The position numbers and the translations under genes were made by a program. A stretch of DNA of 64,000 nucleotides, from IMG/VR virus record IMGVR_UViG_3300042401_001747, one strand, 5' to 3'. The notes under the pieces are model-generated. The model saw only the letters and a list, made by a program, of their open reading frames with translations. It ran no database searches and was not told the origin of the DNA. This document shows, one piece after another, positions 9,273-18,042 of this stretch. The DNA is from a virus. The stretch's first letter is position 1; each line of letters begins with the position of its first letter.

Positions 9273-9533
9273 CTACTCTGTGTCAGTATCGCCACGCAGG
9301 TAGTTGGCACGCATCACCTCAGTGGTGGCCTCTCCAATTTGGTCAAGTGTTGTGATGTCGTAGATACAACCACAGCGACAGCAGAGATACGAACGGCTAT
9401 CCCACAAACCGTTAGCAACGGGTTCTACCATTTCGCCTGATAGTAGACATGCGTAGAAACCGTCTATGTCAGGTTCGTTACCACATTCACATACAAGCCA
9501 GTCGGCTACTGTTCTGTCGAGATTGAGTGTCAT
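9273..9533 (-). CDS. small Cys-rich protein
   Basis: CECGN...CCRCG; stop TAG inside GAGTAGATAAC. Confidence 0.75.
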   Translation of the reverse strand: MTLNLDRTVADWLVCECGNEPDIDGFYACLLSGEMVEPVANGLWDSRSYLCCRCGCIYDITTLDQIGEATTEVMRANYLRGDTDTE

Positions 9534-9982
9534 GACTGTTCTGTTTCCTTTGGTTTTTCGGTGATTAGGAAAGCCCTATCATAGGGGTTATGTGGGGGGT
9601 CATCGTGCCACACGCCATCAGGCCATGCTGTACGAGAGTGAACGCCATAAATGTTTTGTCCAAACAGTTCAGTGCTCTGCCAAGCGTGTGTACAGCAAGG
9701 AATAATGTCGCTGTTCGAATGACAGTTCTGACCAACCGTCTGAGCGAGCAGAGGGAATGTAGTAAGAAACTTAGCAACGCAGTCATGACACATAATCCAT
9801 TCACGAGAACGAACCCTGCCTGAGAGAACATCAAGGTTGTCATCGAAGCCACCATAGTAACCAAAGGTGTCGAAGGGTAAGACCCAGCCGTCATCGGGGT
9901 AACTATCTTGTTGAGTACAGATGACCTGTTGAGCACATGCTGAGCAGGTTGCGTATTTGTTAGGTGTGTAGGGTTGGTTCAT
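9530..9982 (-). CDS. Cys-rich hypothetical protein
   Basis: CSAC, GYYGGFDD, CHDC; leaderless after TACCAT -10 (9990-9995). Confidence 0.75.
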   Translation of the reverse strand: MNQPYTPNKYATCSACAQQVICTQQDSYPDDGWVLPFDTFGYYGGFDDNLDVLSGRVRSREWIMCHDCVAKFLTTFPLLAQTVGQNCHSNSDIIPCCTHAWQSTELFGQNIYGVHSRTAWPDGVWHDDPPHNPYDRAFLITEKPKETEQS

Positions 9983-10055
9983 GTAGAGAATGGTACCACC
10001 ATGAGTACAGACTCCCGTAGGGTACCCGTGGCACTTTGCGTGACCATCGAGAAAA

Positions 10056-10421
10056 TCAAGAAATAATGTTTCCTGATGTCATTCGGTAAAAGATGGCATA
10101 GCAGTACCGTCTGCGTCGTGTCTGTTCTCTCTCGACCTTGTACCTATGCCACCTGTTGAGCATTTCCATGCTGGCAGGTGAACGATAGCAACCTGCCTCT
10201 GTCTCTGCCTCTACCATGAGGGAGTAGAGGTTCACCTCACTACCCGTGGCACTCTGCGTGTTCACCTTCGCTTCACGCAATCCCTGAAATACTTTTGACA
10301 TGAACAGAGAGGCAACGAGCATCTGTTCGAGGTTCTCATCGTCTGTTAGGTAGTCATCGACGATACGTGACACACGAATAGCCTGATGGACACTATGTGA
10401 AGGGAAATAGATGCCTGCCAT
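10056..10421 (-). CDS. hypothetical protein
   Basis: ORF track. Confidence 0.6.
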   Translation of the reverse strand: MAGIYFPSHSVHQAIRVSRIVDDYLTDDENLEQMLVASLFMSKVFQGLREAKVNTQSATGSEVNLYSLMVEAETEAGCYRSPASMEMLNRWHRYKVEREQTRRRRYCYAIFYRMTSGNIIS

Positions 10422-10457
10422 CTGCGCAGAGTATCACTCCACTAACGAGAGGGGTGG

Positions 10458-10631
10458 CTATCCCCACTTGATTTCTTTGGTCTGTTTGTCTTGGGGCTCT
10501 ACTGATAACACTTCGAGCATGTCTCCTTGACTGAGAAGGTTGCGCACTAGGGATAGTGCCTCATCTACTGATGATGGTATGTCAAGGTCACTGCGCTGAC
10601 CTACTGTAACGGTGATTCGGTATGTGTTCAT
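10458..10631 (-). CDS. hypothetical protein
   Basis: ATGA overlap with the upstream gene. Confidence 0.6.
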   Translation of the reverse strand: MNTYRITVTVGQRSDLDIPSSVDEALSLVRNLLSQGDMLEVLSVEPQDKQTKEIKWG

Positions 10632-10861
10632 GCCTTGTACCATACAGCCTTAGATAGGCGAGCGATGCTAGATGCCTGCTGAGGTGATGAGCAAGGGATA
10701 CGCCTAATGATGCGATGCGTATCATCTGATGTCGTTACTGATAACCACACCTCCACGATGTTACCTATGGCATTGATGTAGGTGACTGTCCCCTCTGATG
10801 CTAGGTCAATGATGGGTGAGGTGAGTAGATGGTCTATTGGTGATGAGGTGATGGTGTTCAT
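10628..10861 (-). CDS. hypothetical protein (C-terminal 77 aa of the 209-aa track ORF)
   Basis: TTTACT-17bp-TACTGT promoter 7 nt before ATG 10861; sequence upstream is low-complexity. Confidence 0.65.
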   Translation of the reverse strand: MNTITSSPIDHLLTSPIIDLASEGTVTYINAIGNIVEVWLSVTTSDDTHRIIRRIPCSSPQQASSIARLSKAVWYKA

Positions 10862-10899
10862 GTGAAGGACAGTACACGAGGGGTGGTACACAGTAAAGG

Positions 10900-12260
10900 G
10901 GGTGAGGGGCAAGGGTGATGATGTTTCTAAATACGAGGGGTAGTGAGATGGGTAATAGATAGGGGGTGATGAGGTGAGGGGTAGATGATGAATGATGAAT
11001 GAGTGAGAGGTATGAGTGATGAGAGGGGTAAGAGATGATGAGGTAATGATGACTAGGTAGGTAGGTAGGTAGGTAGGTAGGTAGGTAGTGATGATAGGTA
11101 GAGGGGAGGGCAAGAGGTAAGAGGTAGAGATGATGATGAGTAGAGGGGGTAGGGGTAAGGGGTAGCAATGATGGAGAGTAGAGAGAGGTAGAGGTAGAGG
11201 GGTAGAGGTGATGAGAGGTGATGATGAATGATGATAGGTATCCAATCGGATACGCACTAGGTAGGTGATGATGATGGGGTATGTGTACTACTACCCGTGA
11301 GACACCCATGGCACTTGCGAAAAAGGTGAGGGGGTAGAGGTGAGGTGAAAGGGTCAAGGGGTGAGGGGGTGATGATGATGATGAGGGGTGATGGTCAAGG
11401 GGGTAAGGGGTGAAGGCATGAGGTGAAGGGGTGATGAGTAGAGGGGTAGGGGTAGGTAGATGATGAGGTAGGTATGGGTATGGGTATGTATGTGTAGGGG
11501 TATGTACTAGTACCCGTGTACTACCCGTGGCACCTGCGAAAAAACAACACAACAAATGATGACGATGATGACGATGACGAATGGTCAAGGGGTGATGGGC
11601 ATAGGGGGTAGGGCATAGGACATAGGGGGTAGGGGTAGTGATGACGATGGTCAATGACCAACGATGATGATGCGATACACAATGCGTAATGACAATGATG
11701 ATGATGCGATAGGCATAGGCATAGGCAATGCGATAGTCAATGCGTGATGATGCGATGCGATACACGATGCGATACGCAATACACAATGATGACGAACAAT
11801 AATAAATGCGATGATGTAATGCGATACGCAATGCGATGCGATGATGTAACGATGATGCGATGACGATGAACGAATGATGATGTGTCAATGCGATGACGAT
11901 GCGTAATGCGATGACGATGTGCGATAGTCAATGCGATGTGATGTGATGACATCGTGCGATGCGATGACGATGCGTCAATGAATGATGAACAACAATGATG
12001 ATGATGTGATGACGATGTGTCAATGCGATGTGTGTATGTCAATGAATGATGTGATGTCACAACTCTACTGATGGTGATAGAAGTGTGACTATGTGTCACG
12101 CTTCTGTGTGTGTGCGTGTGGTGGCGTGTGTAATAGCGTGCCTATGGGGCGCGCTTCTGTGTATGAACAGGCAGTGTGTGTTCTGTTGTGTATGCCATAC
12201 ACAGGGGAGTAGGGGGGTGGGGGTATAGCCCCGCGAGCTTTCAACCGAGGTCCGAATACC
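10900..12260. repeat. strand-asymmetric low-complexity non-coding tract
   Basis: G/A/T-rich block (GAT, GAGG, GGGGT, (TAGG)8 at 11054-11085), then a GATGCGATGAC-type block, then GT-rich and G-run sequence. Confidence 0.9.
11276..11544 (+). repeat. two about 48-bp direct repeats, each with tandem YACCCRTG boxes
   Basis: 11276-11324 and 11497-11544; the core TACCCGTGGCAC-N-TGCG also occurs at 10023 and 10241. Confidence 0.8.
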
Positions 12261-12358
12261 GGGGGCCACCTGAAAATCAAAATTTATGCTTCATCTTTTT
12301 TTACTTAAATTTATCCAAACCGCTTGCATGTGGCAGCCTGTCTGTGTAGCCTTGTCCC

Positions 12359-12625
12359 ATGAGCACTATCTACAACTACGACGAGTTCCTTATCTTTGTG
12401 AAACAAGAGCATGACGAGCTCTCCAAGAACGACCCCACGATTCGTTATGGGCAGACGTTTTTCAACTGTTTGTGGGAATTCCGGCCAAGTATTGCCTCTG
12501 AGATTCGTGCCACGAAAATGGACCCTTTCCACATGAGCGAAGTCTCCCCTCTAATCCATGTGCATGTCCAGGGTTTATGGGACGAAATGAACGCCAAAGT
12601 GCTGAAAAGCATTCAGGAGAGCTAA
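12359..12625 (+). CDS. hypothetical protein
   Basis: TTGCAT-17bp-TAGCCT promoter, leaderless ATG; RYGQTFFN...DPF motif. Confidence 0.8.
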   Translation: MSTIYNYDEFLIFVKQEHDELSKNDPTIRYGQTFFNCLWEFRPSIASEIRATKMDPFHMSEVSPLIHVHVQGLWDEMNAKVLKSIQES

Positions 12626-12632
12626 ATAAACC

Positions 12633-12830
12633 ATGAATACCGATGTTCTTTCTGTTTTTTTTATTGTTTTATTGGGGTTGGGTGGATTTTTCGTGTTGGT
12701 GGGACTCTGGTCTGACGACAAGAAGTGCACAGGCTGCAATCGCCTCGGACCCTCTGAATATATGTCCAAAGACACAAGAGGCCGTTATTGGCACTATTCT
12801 TGCTACAAAGATGGTTATTTTTTTGAGTGA
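12633..12830 (+). CDS. small membrane-anchored zinc-finger-like protein
   Basis: N-terminal TM segment; CTGC...HYSC. Confidence 0.6.
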   Translation: MNTDVLSVFFIVLLGLGGFFVLVGLWSDDKKCTGCNRLGPSEYMSKDTRGRYWHYSCYKDGYFFE

Positions 12831-13247
12831 CTACTTTGTTGTTCTTTGCATTGTGGTTCTCTTAATCGTCTTTGCCTTGACCGGTAACGCTCAGGGCCTC
12901 TGAAAGCCTCCTGTAAGCAATTCTGAGCCCCTGAAGCCGCGTCTAGTACGTGGAAGGCCGTAATGCTAGAAAAGGGGCGCACGGATTTTCCCCCAGCCCA
13001 AATATAGGGCACCCCCACAAATTTTGAGGTCCTGGACCGCATTAGGATAAATTTATCCAAAAAGAGGGTCTCAGAAAAAAAATCGCGTTGGTTCATCACT
13101 TTTCTATTCAATGGAGTTACCCGCAGGGTGGGGCTTGCGGACTGGGTGTTTGGAGGGTAGAGTGAATGGATGGTAGAATTAACTACTACCGATAATGAAC
13201 TTACTACTAACAGAGTTCACCGTATCCGCCTAACACAGGAGTAACCC

Positions 13248-14213
13248 TTGAAGCACCCCGTACGCCTTTTGGCTATATCTCTATCTATCGTTTCCTTAAT
13301 TGGACCGCTCAAGAAAGCCGAGGCTACGGATTCACCTCCGACTACAAACACACCTTCGTCTTCCACTGTCGTACAGGAGGGCGATACTCCGAAAGTAAAA
13401 GTAACGGCGTACACCGGAATGCCTCCAGAGTTGGTCACGCAACTCAAGTCAAAAAAGGGCGGCTCAATTAGATTTTGGGAAGCCGTTTCATGGTGCGAAA
13501 CAAACCACAACTGGAATAACGGTGGCTACTTTGCTGGTGGACTAGGAATGGCACAATCAGTCTGGATTAATTACGGGGGGAAACAGTTCGCTTCTCGGCC
13601 ACCTAAAGCCACAAAGCACGAACAGATAATTATCGCCAACCGTGCTGCCTTCTTTGGTTTTCAAACTAAAAACATATTTAGAACTCTTGACGATAAAGAA
13701 AACAACAAGCCCTTCTTTCGACCAGCAGTTGGTTGGAGAAGCATGAAGAACTGGGGTAGGGGTTGTGCCAATTGGGAAACACGTAAACCATTACGAGACC
13801 GGTACACAGAGGCAGGTGTGGCTGAGTGGAAGAAAACTCGGCCAGGATACAAGGCCCCTTCGGGCAAGGTTTCATCTCAAAGTCTTCGTCCTGAAGCTGA
13901 AGTTAAAAGCTGTCCTCAGTGGGAAAGCAAACTGAAAGCACAAGGACTTGTTCCAGTGAAGAAGTTCTCATACATAATGTGGCGTGAAAGCCGTTGCCAA
14001 GAAAAAGTAATTTCTAAGAAAAACTCTAACGGTACGCGAGATTACGGATTACTGCAAATCAACTCTTCATGGCGGACGGTTACAAGGAACGTATGTGGTG
14101 TCAAAAATATTGACGCGCTACTTGACCATAAGTGCAACTTGAAGGTCGCTCGGTACCTGTTCGACAACGGCGGAATCGGTCACTGGAAAGCAACGTCCGG
14201 ACGTTCAAGCTAA
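13248..14213 (+). CDS. secreted muralytic enzyme: Rpf-like domain plus SLT/lysozyme-like domain
   Basis: Signal peptide; WEAVSWCET...GGLGMAQSVWINYGG...EQIIIA (Rpf); MWRESRC...DYGLLQIN...CNLKVA...HW (SLT). Confidence 0.82.
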   Translation: MKHPVRLLAISLSIVSLIGPLKKAEATDSPPTTNTPSSSTVVQEGDTPKVKVTAYTGMPPELVTQLKSKKGGSIRFWEAVSWCETNHNWNNGGYFAGGLGMAQSVWINYGGKQFASRPPKATKHEQIIIANRAAFFGFQTKNIFRTLDDKENNKPFFRPAVGWRSMKNWGRGCANWETRKPLRDRYTEAGVAEWKKTRPGYKAPSGKVSSQSLRPEAEVKSCPQWESKLKAQGLVPVKKFSYIMWRESRCQEKVISKKNSNGTRDYGLLQINSSWRTVTRNVCGVKNIDALLDHKCNLKVARYLFDNGGIGHWKATSGRSS

Positions 14214-15050
14214 AAGTTTTTTAACAAGTCTCTCCATCGGAACAAGATGATGGTCGAGCAATGTTATTTTTTCATCTTCCATTCTCTTGTTTCTTAGAAC
14301 AGAGTTAAGTGGACGATGAGCTGGTCTTTGGCTGCGGATGTCTTCAGTTTTTACGGGTTTCACGGGGGTACTGATGCCGGCGAAATCTAGTACATTCTTT
14401 GCGAAATCATACCAAGACGTTTGTCCTTGATTTGTCACGTGCCAAATGCCGGGAGAATTAGAAATTGACATCTCAAGTATTCGTAATGAAGCATCGTCTG
14501 CAAATGTAGGGTGACCAATCTGGTCGTCGACAAAAGATAATTCCGAAGAGCCTTCCGCTATTCGAAGAATTGTCTTAACCATATTTGAACCATTCTTGCC
14601 GTTCACCCAAGACACGCGTATTACCGAGTCTGTTGGTCTCATGCATGTTTCTCCTTGAAGCTTTGTTAAGCCATATGTAGAGATAGGGGAAGGCGAATCG
14701 TTTTCTTCGTAAGGCGATTTTTTGTTTCCGTCGAAAACATAGTCTGTCGAGATGTATGTTACGTGCGCGTCAACTTCTGCAGCGGCCTGTACTACGAACC
14801 TGGTGCCATCAGCGTTTATTGACTCTGCCTTGACTTGATGTTTTTCGCACTCATCCACGGCTGTCCACGCTGCACAGTGAATAATATGTGTTGGCTGGTG
14901 TTTTCTTATTGAATCAATTACGTCTGCTTGATTGCTGACGTTTAGTCCTCGTTTATCAAGCGCGACAGTTTCGTATCCGTGCTCGATGCTACGTTCTACT
15001 ATTTCTGAGCCAAGCTGTCCACCAGCTCCAGTAATGAGGACTTTATACAT
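14205..15050 (-). CDS. rmlD: dTDP-4-dehydrorhamnose reductase
   Basis: LITGAGGQLG, AAWTAVD, ISTDYVFDG, YGLTK; ATG 15050. Confidence 0.95.
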   Translation of the reverse strand: MYKVLITGAGGQLGSEIVERSIEHGYETVALDKRGLNVSNQADVIDSIRKHQPTHIIHCAAWTAVDECEKHQVKAESINADGTRFVVQAAAEVDAHVTYISTDYVFDGNKKSPYEENDSPSPISTYGLTKLQGETCMRPTDSVIRVSWVNGKNGSNMVKTILRIAEGSSELSFVDDQIGHPTFADDASLRILEMSISNSPGIWHVTNQGQTSWYDFAKNVLDFAGISTPVKPVKTEDIRSQRPAHRPLNSVLRNKRMEDEKITLLDHHLVPMERLVKKLLA

Positions 15051-16002
15051 TCTTGAGCGGTTCCCACCACCAACGATTAGACCGATACCAGTCAATCGTG
15101 TGGCTAAGGGAGTCTTCGATGTTGTGAACAGGCTTCCAGCCAAGTGCAGTAATTTTACCTACGTCCACCGAATAGCGTCTGTCGTGTCCTTTTCTATCCT
15201 CAACATGCTCAATCCAGTCTTTAGGGTCCTGTTCAAAGTAACGAAGAATCATGTCCACGAGCTGAATGTTTGAGGTGCCGTTGCCTGCGCCTATGTTATA
15301 AATTTGTCCGCTTTCACCGTGCGTGAGGACTCTATGTATGGCGGCACAATGGTCAAAAACGTCAATCCAGTCTCTTTCGTTGAGACCGTCTCCATATAGA
15401 GGTATTTTTTTGTTTTGAAATATGTTCGTGGCGAATAGCGGTATTGCTTTTTCTGGAAACTGATACGGCCCGAAGTTGTTGGTGCACCTAGTAACTGACA
15501 CTGGGAGCCCGTGTGTATGGAAGTGGGACAGCGCTATAAGGTCTGAGCCTGCCTTGGATGCTGAATAAGGAGAGCGCGGCTCTAGTGGGTCTGTCTCTAG
15601 TGAAGAGCCGGTCTCAACGGAGCCATACACCTCGTCGGTGCCGATATGCACAATTCTCTTCACCCCTAGTTGATAAGCAACATTCATTACAGAGTCTGTA
15701 CCAGTGCAGTTTGTGCGCACAAAGTCATCGGAAAGAAGTATTGACCTGTCAACATGTGTCTCTGCCGCGAAATGGACTACGTAGTCGGACCCTTTCATGG
15801 CTGCAAGGAGAGATTCCTTGTCACAAACGTCTCCGTATGCAAAGTGGACTCGTGGAGAATCTATGAAGTCGCTCATCGTCGTCAATAATCCTGCGTAAGT
15901 CAGCATGTCGTAGACTGTTACTTCGTCGTCTGTATTGTTTAGTACGTAGCGAACGTAGTTGGAGCCTATGAACCCGGCTCCGCCGGTTACGAAGTGTTTC
16001 AC
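15043..16002 (-). CDS. rmlB: dTDP-glucose 4,6-dehydratase
   Basis: TGGAGFIGSN, AAETHVDRSI, TDEVYGS, YSASKA, DRKGHDRRY. Confidence 0.96.
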   Translation of the reverse strand: MKHFVTGGAGFIGSNYVRYVLNNTDDEVTVYDMLTYAGLLTTMSDFIDSPRVHFAYGDVCDKESLLAAMKGSDYVVHFAAETHVDRSILLSDDFVRTNCTGTDSVMNVAYQLGVKRIVHIGTDEVYGSVETGSSLETDPLEPRSPYSASKAGSDLIALSHFHTHGLPVSVTRCTNNFGPYQFPEKAIPLFATNIFQNKKIPLYGDGLNERDWIDVFDHCAAIHRVLTHGESGQIYNIGAGNGTSNIQLVDMILRYFEQDPKDWIEHVEDRKGHDRRYSVDVGKITALGWKPVHNIEDSLSHTIDWYRSNRWWWEPLKNV

Positions 16003-16003
16003 G

Positions 16004-16570
16004 TTATGTCCTTGAGTCGTACATTGGTTTTAGTGTTGCTGGAATGTCTAATATTAGTGGATTGTTTTTGTCCCTATCGGAAACGATGGGGTTCTCAATA
16101 ACTTCGGCAATGTTTATGTCTGGGTCGTTCCAGAGTATTCCTAGCTCGTCGTTTTTGTTGTAGTAATTATCAACCATATAGGTGATGGTCATGTCTGTTA
16201 TTGAGTAAAACCCATGTGCCACGCCGGGTGGAATAAATACGCCGCGGTGGTCGTGGGTGTTTTCATCTATCATTCCAAGCCGTGTCGTGTAAGTGTTTCC
16301 GTAAGTAGGGGAACCTTCTCTAATGTCGTGAAGAATAACTAAACACGTCCCAAATGGGACATACCAATAATCTGCTTGATGTAGGTGATAATGGAGACCC
16401 ACTAGGCAGCCGGCTTTTCTGTCTCCTCTATTTCCTTGAATCATCTCTCGACCTAGAGGCAACCAGCTTCGCCTGTATGTTTCTACGAAGTACCCGCGCT
16501 CGTCTCCGTGCTTGTCGGGGTGAACTATTAGTACGTCTTTTATTTCCGCACACTCTTCAAATTTTGGCAT
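16004..16570 (-). CDS. rmlC: dTDP-4-dehydrorhamnose 3,5-epimerase
   Basis: DERGYFVE, GLHYH, IPPGVAHGF, WNDPDI. Confidence 0.94.
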   Translation of the reverse strand: MPKFEECAEIKDVLIVHPDKHGDERGYFVETYRRSWLPLGREMIQGNRGDRKAGCLVGLHYHLHQADYWYVPFGTCLVILHDIREGSPTYGNTYTTRLGMIDENTHDHRGVFIPPGVAHGFYSITDMTITYMVDNYYNKNDELGILWNDPDINIAEVIENPIVSDRDKNNPLILDIPATLKPMYDSRT

Positions 16571-17628
16571 TACTCTACCTCTACTACGCTGTAGTCACTT
16601 ATCATCAGTTTTAATGCTGATGGCTTCTGTTCTGATTGTTTCACGATAGCCGAACGGCCTACTAGAGAGTCGCTCATTCTTGCAATGTCTGTAACCGTGC
16701 TGCCTTTGAGAAGAACGGAGTTTTGAATTTCTGAATTTCTCACAACACAGTCAGGGCCTATGGATGTGTATGGCCCTATATACGAATCGGAGATTATTGC
16801 ATTATCCGCTATGGATACTGGCCCAATAATTCTGGAATTGTATATCTGAGACTTTCCTATCTTTACTTTTCCGTCTGCCGTAAAAGAGTTAAGAGGGTTA
16901 TCGTATATATCTCGTTCGATTGCGTCAAGAACGAGTCTATTGCACTCAAGAAGAGGGTCTTTTTTGCCAGTATCAATCCACCAGCCATCGAGTATCTCGT
17001 AAGCCACTCTGCTGCCAGAATCTATTAAGTTTTGTATGGCGTCCGTTATCTCAAGTTCGCCTCGTGGTGAGGCTTTGATTTTTTTGATGCTTTGATGTAT
17101 TTCTTTTGAAAACATGTAAACACCAACTAGCGCCAAATTGGATTTTGGGTTGGCTGGTTTTTCTACCAATGTTTTTATTCGGCCGTCATCACCTATTTCA
17201 GCAACTCCGAACTGGCTAGCATCTTCGACTTCTTTCAGAAGAAGTTTTGCGTCGAAACCGGCCATACCGTCAAGTACAAAAGAGGTAAGACTGGACTCAA
17301 TCATGTTGTCTCCTAGATACATGACGAAATTATCTTCACCTAGAAAATCTGAAGCGATATATACGCAATGAGCTAAGCCAAGCGGAGCGCCCTGAGTTAT
17401 GTAAGTTATTTTTGCACCAAAAGCCGAACCGTCCCCAACGGCCTCAATTACTTCGTTCGCCGTAGAGCCAACAATGATTGCAATGTCGTTTATTCCAGCA
17501 TTAACCATGTCTTCTATGCCGTAAAAAAGTATCGGCTTGTTGGCAATGGGGACTAACTGTTTTGCGCTCGTGTGTGTTATTGGCCTAAGTCTCGTTCCAG
17601 AGCCGCCAGATAAAATTAAACCCTTCAT
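16570..17628 (-). CDS. rmlA: glucose-1-phosphate thymidylyltransferase (long form)
   Basis: GGSGTRLRPITH...KQLVPIANKP, EKP, RGELEITD, WIDTG; C-terminal hexapeptide-like repeats. Confidence 0.96.
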   Translation of the reverse strand: MKGLILSGGSGTRLRPITHTSAKQLVPIANKPILFYGIEDMVNAGINDIAIIVGSTANEVIEAVGDGSAFGAKITYITQGAPLGLAHCVYIASDFLGEDNFVMYLGDNMIESSLTSFVLDGMAGFDAKLLLKEVEDASQFGVAEIGDDGRIKTLVEKPANPKSNLALVGVYMFSKEIHQSIKKIKASPRGELEITDAIQNLIDSGSRVAYEILDGWWIDTGKKDPLLECNRLVLDAIERDIYDNPLNSFTADGKVKIGKSQIYNSRIIGPVSIADNAIISDSYIGPYTSIGPDCVVRNSEIQNSVLLKGSTVTDIARMSDSLVGRSAIVKQSEQKPSALKLMISDYSVVEVE

Positions 17629-17831
17629 GAGCGTGGGTCCCGTGTCTGATTGGTATTTTTTGTACGCTCGTTGGCTGCATGATTTAGTGATGTAACAACA
17701 ATTTGAGCTATCTGTCGGTCAAGAGTGCCCACAACCTCCCATGCGTCCACTTCTGCGGTTGAACACAGCAGGTAACAAAAGGACGGATTTTCTGGGGGGA
17801 ACGAGTATGCGTAAACTGGACTATTTGTCAT
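17625..17831 (-). CDS. hypothetical protein
   Basis: ATG 17831; overlaps its neighbours in operon fashion. Confidence 0.55.
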   Translation of the reverse strand: MTNSPVYAYSFPPENPSFCYLLCSTAEVDAWEVVGTLDRQIAQIVVTSLNHAANERTKNTNQTRDPRS

Positions 17832-18015
17832 CTTCTTCTTCAATCCAACCATCGATTATTTTCATTATATGTTCTTCTGACATATTTAGACTTTCGGCAG
17901 TTGGTCCCCACAGCCATTCTCCGTCTTCGTTCATGCCTTTTATTTCAATCAAGTTTGCTTTTCTAAGATATTCCATATCGTCAAACAAGTCTTGCTTTGT
18001 GTATTGTTCTTCCAT
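17821..18015 (-). CDS. hypothetical protein
   Basis: ORF track, AGGA RBS. Confidence 0.7.
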   Translation of the reverse strand: MEEQYTKQDLFDDMEYLRKANLIEIKGMNEDGEWLWGPTAESLNMSEEHIMKIIDGWIEEEDDK

Positions 18016-18042
18016 GTTCCTATGTTTCTATTATCTTTCTAG

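Larger units (their letters stand above)
373..9278. repeat. dispersed 11-bp motif GAGTAGATAA(C/G), about 16 copies, plus 6 copies of the variant (G)TGAGAGATAA
   Basis: Plus strand at 373, 902, 1424, 1683, 1775, 2852, 4877 (AAG variant), 5969, 6614, 7184, 7354, 8204; minus strand at 2247, 2303, 8635, 9268. Variant at 450, 1022, 6570, 7312 (+) and 2385, 9079 (-). Confidence 0.9.

Noticed and set aside
373-9278. Repeat motif as a CRISPR array or integron attC array
   Set aside because: Repeats are 11 bp, irregularly spaced and in both orientations; they do not fit GTTRRRY/RYYYAAC; no cas or integrase gene is in the window.
10806-12099. His/Pro/Ser-rich ORFs of 360, 120 and 209 aa (upstream part) on the minus strand
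   Set aside because: They are by-products of the GAT/GGT simple-sequence tract, which lacks stops on that strand; several frames are open at once and there is no RBS.
12311-13061. Two TTATCCAAA DnaA-box-like sequences
   Set aside because: Only two imperfect copies about 740 bp apart; too few to call an origin.
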